Positions 55,884 to 64,000 of a stretch of 64,000 nt of DNA are shown piece after piece. Under the pieces are notes generated by a model that was given only the letters and a program-made list of their open reading frames with translations, had not been told where the DNA came from and did not search any database. A program made the translations under genes and the position numbers. The stretch's first letter is position 1, and each line of letters opens with the position of its first letter. The stretch spans positions 3,472,001-3,536,000 of the forward strand of contig OZ024741.1 of assembly GCA_964016885.1 (NCBI GenBank), read 5' to 3'. This DNA comes from Eledone cirrhosa. Taxonomy: Eukaryota.

Positions 55884-58704
55884 ATGCTGCATAAAAAAAA
55901 CTTACAAAACTGGAGCAACAAAGAGGGGAGAAGCTAGACAAGCTGCCACGGAAGAATCTGCAAAGAAATGTCATCTAATCACATCACAAGTTTTCTGAAA
56001 AGTCAACAGTCTTCGTCAACAAGTAGTGACGCATCCCAAAGCAACGTAACTGCCGGAATTTCCGGCGAGTCGGTCTGGTCAGATGAACTGGAGAAACAGA
56101 AAAGCACTGGAGAGTCGCGAGAACCTGACGTCGAAGATGCCTCAGGTCCATCTCAACAACCGTCGGAGACACTGAAGATGTAGTTCCAACTGGGGATCCG
56201 AACTCAATAGAGGGAAAAATGGCTGTATTGGAATCTGAAAATGAAAATGATTCAGAGGAAACTACATTGGCAAAACAAATCCCAGAGTATGAGCCAATAG
56301 AATGCATGTTGAATTTACAAGAGAAGTATCCAAGCGATCCGAAACATTTCGAGGACAGACCTTTGACGACACCTCTAATGCGCGCCCTCGTGGCCGTTGG
56401 TCCTTGTCAGCCAGGATTGAAAGATAATTTTGCTGATTTCCCTCTCGACTCGAACCACAGAAAATTCAACATCAGTTGGTACAAGAGAAAGTGTGCTGGA
56501 ATCCATAAAGTTGACCGACACTGGTTAGTATACTCTCCTGAATCCAACAGACTATATTGCTTTTGTTGTTGGCTGTTTGCTGATAAAAATGCCGAATCTT
56601 GGGGCAATCCAGAGTGTGGGATGGCAAACTTCAAAAAGGGAATCGTAAATTGCCAAGCATGAGAAAAGTGCCATTCACATCAATGCAAAAAAGCAATACT
56701 TCATGACAAAATATCGTTTGGACGCAGATAAAACAGTGATCGATAACCTCATCCATGAAGAGAAGAAGCGAATTGAACGAAATCGCCAGATATTGAGGCG
56801 ATTGCTTGATTGAACGTTATTTCTCGCAAAACAAGGCCTGGCCTTCAGAGGTCACAGGGAATATGCTGGACTTGGCGCCAAATCAGAAAATGAAGGAAAC
56901 TTTATTGAATTGTTGAAATTGATGACCAAGTATGATACGATCTTGGAAAGCCATTTATTCTCTCCTGGGTGCACTAAAAGACAGCCTATGTACTTAAGTC
57001 CAAAATTACAAAACGAATTCATAGAATGCCTGGCAAACGAATGTACTCAACAAATAATCACGGAAGTGAAAGCGGCAAAATACTATTCAGTCATCGTCGA
57101 TTCCACAATAGACATTTCGCATCAGGATCAATGCTCTGTGTCACTGCGATATGTATCAAAAAGTGGCCACGCACAGGAGCATTTCCTGTCGTTTTGTGAA
57201 CTAGAATCAGCAGCCACTGAATCATTTTACGATACGCTTGTGAAAGTTCTTTTCCAGGATCTATCCTTGGATGCTCAATATATTAGGGGACAAGCTTACG
57301 ACGGAACGTCGAATATGTCCGGCCATATTTCTGGGCTTCAGGCCAGAGTTAAAGAGGGATGCTCTTCGAAAGCTGTTTACGTCCATTGTTGCGCTCATAA
57401 CCTGAACCTGGTGTTAATCGATGCTAGCCAATCGTCAGGGGATGGTAAATTATTTTTTGGTATATTGGAGAGCCTGTATGTTTTCTTAACATCAAGCTTG
57501 CCAAGGCTGAAAATCCTCGAAGAAGAACAAGAAAAACTATTGACTTCAACGGTATTAACATTAAAAAGACTCAGATACCCGCTGGTTTAGTCACATTCAG
57601 GCTGTAGAGGCTACCATTAACAACTTACCGGCAGTAATAAGTGCACTAGAGAGGATAATAAGTGGGGATGTTCACAACACTCTCCGAAAGTATTAGCCGA
57701 GGCCAGAGGTTTGCTACTAAATGTGAGCAAGTTTGAATTCATTTTCATGTTGAAGTTTTTTCAGAATTTACTTAAAAAGCTGCATTCTGTTTCACAATAT
57801 TTGCAGAGGGAGGCTATCGACTTATATTCCGCGGATGTCATGATTAAAAATGTAGTAAAAGAAATTGAAGACATCCGCTCAAATGAATATTTTGACCGAA
57901 CATTATCAGACGCTAAAAATCTCGCCGAGCAATGTCAAGTTGAACCAGAGTTTACAACAGAAAAACGGAAAAGAGAAAAGAAGCGTTTTCATGACGAAAA
58001 TGACAGTGACGAACCTCATGAGACGATGAGTCAGCATTTTAAACGGGACGTTTATTTCACTATCTTAGATAGAATCTGTTTGTTTTTATATTTTTTATTC
58101 GACTGTATGTAAAATCCCCGGCATGTCTTTGTATTGTCCCCTTTTCTTGTTGCGCCCTTGTGGCTAATAAAGAAATCTATCTTAGATAGAATCATTAGTA
58201 GCTTTAACGAACGTTTTGCCGACTTGCACGATCTAGTGAAGGAATTTTCGTGTTTGATACCGGCGCACTTCGACGACGACGGCACATGCAATAGAGAGAG
58301 AATCGATAATCTTGTGAAATTCTACGAGGGTGACATCGAAAATTACACTATCTTCGACGAGTATTTATCATTCAAAGATTTTTTACAAGGAAGTGTGTTT
58401 AGATAAATCCATATCGAGTTCTGAGATCGTTCCGTTTATGATTTCTAATGACTTAGATAGAGCCTATCCGAACGTGTTTTCCTTATACAAAATGTTCATA
58501 ACTATTCCGGTTAGCTCGGCGCATGCTGAGCGAACATTCAGCAGGCTCAAACTGATAAATAATTATTTGCGTAGTACCATGAGTGAAGAGTGGTTGAATG
58601 CTCTGGCAATGATGTACATAGAGCGAGAACTGACTGAAAAAATTGACTTCAGCATCGTGATTGAAACATTTTCTAAAGTAAAACATCGCAAATTAGAACT
58701 GTAG
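55884..58704 (+). pseudogene. hAT transposase (TTF-type Zn finger, DUF4371-like region, RNase H-like core, hAT C-terminal dimerisation domain), disrupted
   Basis: Motifs WLVYS..LYCFCCWLF, LAFRGH, EGNFIELL, YLSPKLQNEFI, SVIVDSTIDISH, GQAYDGTSNMSG, VHCCAHNLNL, DTRW (shifted frame), IPVSSAHAERTFSRLKLINNYLRSTM. Stops at 56181 and 56811, several frameshifts and one insertion. Start inferred at ATG 55884 (MLHKK/TYKTGATKR). Confidence 0.93.
58077..58176 (+). mobile_element. 100-bp insertion with 17-bp target-site duplication, probably a 5'-truncated retroelement 3' end
   Basis: ctatcttagatagaatc at 58060-58076 and 58177-58193. Removing the insert restores YFTILDRIISSFNERF. AATAAA lies near the 3' end of the insert. 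Confidence 0.85.
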
Positions 58705-59056
58705 AACAAGTGATGTGCTCGAATGTCAAAGTAAAGTTTTAGATGGACGATTTATTGTACATACGAATTTTTGTTGGTGAATAATCGATTGCAAAACTAG
58801 TTTTATTGGATGTTGTTGTTTTTTTCTGAAGATAGACCACCGTCTTCGCAGTTAATAAAGTTTTCACGGAACATGCTAACTCTGTAATCTATGATGCTGT
58901 CTACTCTATTATAAATTATCTATTCTATATGCGTGTATGAACATATTTCCTTGCAGCCGATGGAAATGAGCGTATGGAATTGGTGGGCCCCCTTTAGATC
59001 AAATTTGCCCCCCCCCCCCCGGCTTTAAAAGCTAGTTACGCCACTAGTTACGCCAC

Positions 59057-60423
59057 TACAGGATACAGTGAGAGGCTTTGGTAGATAAGGAAGTCAGGAC
59101 CAGGTATATAGATACTATTGCATCCAAATTCAGAGAACTCCCTAAGAAAACTGGGGATGTTGAGTGGAGTTTGTTCAGCTCAGGAGTTTCTGCTTCAGCT
59201 GTTAAATGCTGCAGGTGAAAAAGGCTTGGTGTGGCACCAGATGGCCGGAGGACACCTTGGTTCAATCAAGGGGTCAAAGATGCCTACCAAGCAAAGAAGG
59301 AGGCCTACAAAGTTTAGCTTGGAAATAAGTCCCCCTTCTTGCACTTGTGGTACAAGCAGGCATGAAGAATTGCAGCAGTGACAGTAAAGGTGTCCAAAGT
59401 TAAGACATGGGAGGATTTTGGTGTTAAGCTGGAATCCGACTGCTGATTAGTGAATAAAGTGTTCTGGCAGACCATCGGCCTCCACACCTGCTACCAAGAA
59501 CGTGTCTGGGTTTCTCCTCTCTGCAGAGAGGTGAATCCTCGCGAGGTAGAGAGAATACTTTTCAGATCTCCTAAGCCCAATCACAACAGCATCTTCTGAT
59601 GTACATGAAGTGCATCTGGGAGTGGCAAGGCCACTGTGGAAGATGAAATCCGGCCCAAGATGTTAAAAGCCTTAAATAGAGAAGGTATTCTCTGGCTGAC
59701 TCATGTGTACCGGGTGGCCTGGATCTCTGGAAAGACACCTAAGCAATGGCAATTGAGAGTGATAATCCCAATTTTAAAAAAAAGGAGTCAAGAGAGATTG
59801 CTCCAATTACAGAAGGATCTCCTTGTTGAGCCTCCCCACTAAAGTCTATGCTAAGTACCTGGCAAAGAGATGTAGGGAGATTGTCAAGTACAAGCTAGCT
59901 CATGAACAATGCGGTTTTCGACCCGGATGCAGCACAGCCCACCAAATAGTCATAATGCGGCTGGTATTTGAGAAATCGTGGGAGTTCTGCCAAGAGGTAT
60001 ATTTTTTTGTTTTGTAGATCTCGAAAAGGTATATGACTGCGTTCCTCGGGACCTGCTGTGGAAGGTTGTAAAGGAGTGTACGATCGATGGTCAACTTCTT
60101 CTTGCCCTGGTGTCTCTATTTGTGAAATCAGAGAGTCACTTCAGATAGAACAGTTACGTCTCCGATACTACGGGCATGTAGTTAGAATGTCTCAGGAGTG
60201 AATCGCTGGACAGATTTTACTGGCAAGACCAACCGACAGGAGACCCCAGGAGTAGACCCCGAGCAAGAATGTTGGATAACATCCATGAGCTTAGATGGTC
60301 ACTCTTGGGGATCCAGCCGGATCAGTTGGAGACGGTTTCTTCTGACAAGGCCCGCTGGAAGAAGTGTTTGAGGACTCTACCCCACGACCCTCTCTGGAAT
60401 AAGTGGGCGAAGAGGAAGAAGAA
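59057..60423 (+). mobile_element. RTE/Rex3-like LINE, right part, old and internally deleted
   Basis: YRIQ*EALVDKEVR...RTPWFNQGVKDA; EDEIRPKMLKAL..IIPILKK; EQCGFRPGCST; VDLEKVYDCVPR; then jumps near 60120 to LRYYGHVVRM, with no YADD block. Ends gaataagtggg plus a GAA-rich tail. Confidence 0.88.
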
Positions 60424-60430
60424 TATATGT

Positions 60431-60590
60431 ATATATCATAGATTTCTTTCTAAACTAGTTACATGCTGAAGTTTGAATTTGCCTTGTTATTGATTGAACG
60501 GAACGGAATTGTAACAAACCTTGTAGATGACCCACTCTCCGAATGGTTGGAAGATAAAGTCGACCCGGGCAGGACTTGAACTCAGAACTT
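60431..60590 (-). mobile_element. 5'-truncated SINE copy (subfamily B), inverted partner of 63028-63187
   Basis: Minus strand carries B-box-like GAGTTCAAGTCC. Ungapped match, about 13 mismatches in 160 bp, to 63028-63187. Confidence 0.8.
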
Positions 60591-60599
60591 CTTCTATAT

Positions 60600-60735
60600 A
60601 ATGATATCTAAATTACCTACAAGTCCAACAATTTGTTGGGTGGAGAAACCCGATTATATCGACCTCCGTACTTGATCAATACATTATTTTATCGACCCCA
60701 GGAAATATGAACGGCAAAATTGACCTTTGTGGAGT
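60600..60735 (-). mobile_element. degenerate SINE fragment
   Basis: Contains the family core ttattttatcgacccc...atgaacggcaaaattgacct. Confidence 0.65.
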
Positions 60736-60744
60736 GGCAATGAA

Positions 60745-60960
60745 ATAAAACTGTTTCCTTATTTGGACACAAATCCAGCGACTTGAAGGGAGGGGGTCGA
60801 ATATATCAACCCTAGTTCTTCACAGATACTTTATTTTATCAACCCACGAATGGATGAAAGACAAAGCTAACCTTAACAGAACTTGAACTCAACGTAAAAA
60901 GTCGAAATTGAACACCGCAAAATATCTTGCTCGGCGATTTAACAATGCTACTACTCCACA
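60745..60960 (-). mobile_element. degenerate full-length SINE
   Basis: Core tactttattttatcaacccacgaatggatgaaagacaaagctaacct...acttgaactc, plus decayed head and tail. Confidence 0.75.
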
Positions 60961-60977
60961 GGTCCTGTTGATAATGA

Positions 60978-61170
60978 AATAATAATTGTTTCTACTTTGG
61001 GCACAAGGCCAGCAATTACACAGTACATTACTGGTACTTTATTTTATCGACCCCGTAAGGATGAAAGGCAAGGTTAACCTCGGCGGGATTTGAACTCAGA
61101 CCGTAAAGAGAGGTAACTATGCTGGAAAGCATGGCGTCCGACCCTCTACCGATACTGCCAATTCACCGCC
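60978..61170 (-). mobile_element. tRNA-derived SINE (subfamily A), full length
   Basis: Reverse complement closely matches 62043-62233. Has a B box (ggatttgaactc on the + strand), the conserved core and an AAT tail. Confidence 0.9.
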
Positions 61171-61182
61171 TTTGATCATGAA

Positions 61183-61400
61183 ATAATAATGATTTCTAAC
61201 TTAAACACAAGTCCAGTGACTTGAGGAGGGGAAAGTCGGTTAAATCGACCCCAGTACTTGACTGGTACTTTATTTTATCGACCATTGAAAGGATAAAAAG
61301 GAAAACTGACCTCTGTAAGATTTGAACTGAGAACGTAAAAAGTTGTAATTGAATACCGCAAATTATTTTGTTGAACACTTTGACAATTGTACCAGTGGAG
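61183..61400 (-). mobile_element. older SINE copy
   Basis: ctggtactttattttatcgacc...agatttgaactgagaacgtaaa, with an aataataat tail. Confidence 0.8.
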
Positions 61401-61657
61401 CGGCCGAGTTGTTAATAAAATAATAAGGAGACTTGCCACAAAGGAGAATTTTAAATTGTTTACGACCACCATGTTTTCTTGTCGTTTCAAACAGATTGTA
61501 TTGTGTTGTATCTATTGTAGAGTTGTTAGAAACGGTAGAGGACGGGAGAGGGATATTTACTGTATTTATATTTAATAAGTCACTCAACTGTCAAGATGGC
61601 AGCGGGTGTCGTCTGCTGATTAACAACTGCAGCGGGTATTTTGGTAATTAAACATTC

Positions 61658-61806
61658 TACACATATACACACACATACATACATCTATACACGTGCATAC
61701 AAACATATATACATACATATACATACATATACACACATATCAACCATACATACAGAGAGACAGACATATACACACATATATAACACATATACACATTCAC
61801 ACACAT
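61658..61806. repeat. degenerate (CA)/(CATA) microsatellite
   Basis: Directly visible. Confidence 0.9.
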
Positions 61807-61857
61807 GACTGACATTTTAAGTGTTGTCTTCAAATGTGAGGTGTGTATGTGGACCGA

Positions 61858-61975
61858 TGTTGTAGTTGTTGTTGGTGGTGGTGGTGGTGCTGCTGGTGCT
61901 GGTGATGGCGGTGGTTCTGGTGGTGGTGGTGGTGGTGTGTGAGGCGGTGGTGGTGGTGTTGGGTGTGGCGGCGAT
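61858..61975. repeat. degenerate (GGT/GTT/GCT)n trinucleotide tract
   Basis: Directly visible. Explains the poly-V/H/T ORFs in the track. Confidence 0.9.
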
Positions 61976-62042
61976 GTGCAGTTTGTTTAGAGAACATAAT
62001 TCCAATAAAAACAAACAGCTTTACATTATATTGTATATAAAG

Positions 62043-62233
62043 GGCGGTGGATTGGCAGTATCGGTAAGGGTCGGACGCCATGCTTTGAAGCATAGAGTTA
62101 CCTCCCTTTATGATCTGAGTTCAAATCCCGCCGAGGTTAACTTTGCCTTTCATCCTTACGGGGTCGATAAAATAAAGTACCAGTAATGCACTGGAATAAT
62201 AGCTGGCCTTGTGCCAAAAGTAGAAACAATTAT
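62043..62233 (+). mobile_element. tRNA-derived SINE (subfamily A), full length
   Basis: GGCGGTGGATTGGCAGTATCGGT head (A-box-like), GAGTTCAAATCC B box at 62117-62128, core GCCTTTCATCCTTACGGGGTCGATAAAATAAAGTACC, tail GGCCTTGTGCCAAAAGTAGAAACAATTAT. Confidence 0.9.
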
Positions 62234-62255
62234 ATTGTATATATTAAAGAGTGGA

Positions 62256-62290
62256 CGAGGAGGAGGAGGGGGAGAAGAGGAGGAGGAGAG
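62256..62290. repeat. (GAG)n purine tract
   Basis: Directly visible. Confidence 0.85.
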
Positions 62291-62399
62291 ATGCAGGTGG
62301 GGGGTAGCAGACACAGTGAAGTACCGGGATTTATTATCTTCCTAGTTTAGTTACCTCCCATTGAGAGTGAGGGGTTTAAACTCAACCAAGCTTGACCAG

Positions 62400-62432
62400 T
62401 TGCTGCTGATGTTGTTGTTGTTGTTGTTGTTT
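62400..62432. repeat. (TGC)/(TTG)n microsatellite, followed by a 12-bp tandem duplication taacctctgaaa
   Basis: Directly visible. Confidence 0.85.
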
Positions 62433-62528
62433 AACCTCTGAAATAACCTCTGAAATATACCTTCCAGGCGTGGCCATCCCGTCTATATATCTAAGACTAC
62501 ATTTTAATCAATGTGTTATTGATGTTTT

Positions 62529-62630
62529 GGGGTAAATAAAATAAGGTACCAGTCACGTACTAGGGTTAATTTAATCAACTTTGGCCTTACCTCAAATATG
62601 CTGGCCACGTGTCTAAAATAGAAATTAGTA
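62529..62630 (+). mobile_element. 3' half of a degenerate SINE
   Basis: ggggtaaataaaataaggtaccagt...gctggccacgtgtctaaaatagaaa parallels 62160-62226. Confidence 0.65.
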
Positions 62631-62986
62631 TGTACCGCTACACTATTTAATGTGGGGTTCCTTTTTTTAAAACACTCGAGTCGGAGTTAATGGGAAGTTG
62701 GTAGCTATATGTCTTACCTCGTGGTAAGACTGGCACCTCTCCTACCCTAATATGTCGCCTGCCACATGGTCCTGGCCGACAGGATGGAGAATACATTGCC
62801 GCGAGGGGCGGCGATGGAGACGCGCTGGAATAGTCACTCCAACTGGTGGGGCTGGGCCTTACAGGCAACTCTGAACAGGGATGTGGTCCGGGGGCCAAGA
62901 ACGCCGAAAGTCTCCACTGTTACAGCCTCTTCCACAAACTTATCAGAGAGTGGCCGATACTTCAATAATTGTCCCAATTATTCATG

Positions 62987-63187
62987 TGTCGGACAAAACA
63001 CATTGCAGTATTTAATTATAGCCTTTTAAGTTCTGAGTTCAAGTCCTGCCCAGGTCGACTTTATCTTCCAACCATTCGGAGAGGGGGTCATCTGCCAGTT
63101 TTGTTACAATTCCGTTCCCTTGAATCAATAACAAGGAAAATTGAAACTTCACTATGTAACTAGTTAAGGAAGAAATCTATGATATAT
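62987..63187 (+). mobile_element. SINE (subfamily B) ending in (TA)n
   Basis: Partial head gtcggacaaaac..gcagtattt, B-box-like GAGTTCAAGTCC, 3' part shared with 60431-60590, followed by (TA)n to 63207. Confidence 0.8.
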
Positions 63188-63354
63188 ATATATATATATA
63201 TATATATGGGATAACAAGTTATCATTATGGTAATCCAGTTTCCATAGTTAGGTAGCGAGTTCGCGAGAATTCCTATGCAGGTTATACTTGGAGTAATAAT
63301 AGTGAAAGATTGAAGAATAACATGGTCGGCTGTACAACAAGGGGCTTTATTTCA

Positions 63355-63467
63355 AGTATTAACAATTGTTTCATTGATGAGGTGAGTCTAAAGGCCGCTA
63401 ATCACTCGAAGTTGCGTCACTCGACCTTAAATACAGTGTTTACCTCTCATCAAATCATCGGAATACT
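63355..63467 (-). ncRNA. type I hammerhead-ribozyme-like motif (Penelope-type, minimal palindromic stem III), with core mutations
   Basis: Minus strand reads AGUAUU-CCGAUGA-U-UUGAUGAG...CUCAUCAA-U-GAAA-CAAUUG-UU-AAUACU, then AAUAAA. 6-bp stem I, 8-bp stem II, GUU cleavage triplet. Confidence 0.75.
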
Positions 63468-63589
63468 AGAGGTTTTACATATGGCATTGGTATATATAGA
63501 GATACAACGGAGAATCAAAACAATAACATCAATAATAAAAGATAATGATAAAGAGGTAAGGAAGTTACAGATGTAAAAAATAAGTAAAA

Positions 63590-63780
63590 AATAATAATTG
63601 TTTCTACTTTTGGCACAAGGCCAGTAATTAACCAGTGCATTACTGGTACTTTATTTTATCGACCCCGTAAGGATGAAAGGCAAAGTTAACCTTGGCGGGA
63701 TTTGAACTCAGAATGGCAAGGGCCGTAACTCTATGCGTCAAAGCATAACGTCCGACCCTCTACCGATACTGCCAGTCCAT
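63590..63780 (-). mobile_element. tRNA-derived SINE (subfamily A), nearly full length
   Basis: Direct homologue of 60978-61170 and inverted homologue of 62043-62233. Confidence 0.9.
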
Positions 63781-64000
63781 AAGTACAGAATACGATTGCT
63801 GATAATAGTGGTGGTAGTGGGTAAGTGTATGTGGTGGTATGTATAAAGACGTAGTGAGGGTGGAGGTAATACTAACATGAAAAGCAACATTAGATACATA
63901 CATACGTGGTGGTCAAATCTCAGAGGGTTAGAAGTAGAGAATAAAAAATAGTAACAAATGACAGATAAAAGATAAAAAATACAGGACAGGAGACAGAGAG

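Larger units (their letters stand above)
54652..59058 (+). mobile_element. hAT DNA transposon (Tip100/ZMYM1-like group), ~4.4 kb, defective
   Basis: Left TIR CAGTGGCGTAACTA (54652-54665). Right TIR TAGTTACGCCACTA (59033-59046, partly repeated to 59058). Subterminal GTGGGCCCCC and G/C runs at both ends. Internal transposase remnants. Confidence 0.92.

Noticed and set aside
58077-58176. Intron in the transposase
   Set aside because: Bounded by a 17-bp direct repeat rather than convincing GT-AG splice signals.
55884-58704. Domesticated ZMYM1-like host gene
   Set aside because: Multiple stops and frameshifts, an insertion and flanking TIRs indicate a dead transposon.
62043-62130. tRNA gene
   Set aside because: A/B-box-like motifs are present but no cloverleaf, and the sequence continues into a multi-copy SINE body.
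61817-62186. His/Thr/Val-rich ORFs
   Set aside because: Products of a trinucleotide tract running into a SINE.
63310-63576. 88-aa ORF
   Set aside because: Non-ATG start and no recognisable motif. The region is better explained by the antisense hammerhead-like structure.

Overview
Eukaryotic, gene-free repeat DNA, most likely from an octopus or other cephalopod (inferred from the SINE family, RTE LINEs and microsatellite load, not proven). Bases 1 to ~50,315 are one uninterrupted, single-orientation array of about 1,000 copies of a 50-bp satellite (consensus CACTATATACACACCTGCTAGACTATATATGTAGGTTGTTGGTGACTTAA) with irregular higher-order structure and regional variant domains. The array ends abruptly in the 3' remnant of an RTE/Rex3-like LINE. 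The last ~13.7 kb is a nest of decayed transposons: (1) a near full-length RTE LINE with a triplicated 5'UTR pseudoknot-like unit and a PHD-like finger; (2) a second RTE/Rex3-like LINE split by a 4.4-kb hAT (Tip100/ZMYM1-like) transposon, which itself carries three foreign inserts; (3) a cluster of tRNA-derived SINEs; and (4) a minus-strand type I hammerhead-ribozyme-like fold of the Penelope type at 63355-63467. No intact host gene is supported. All calls come from reading the sequence by eye; no searches or folding programs were run.
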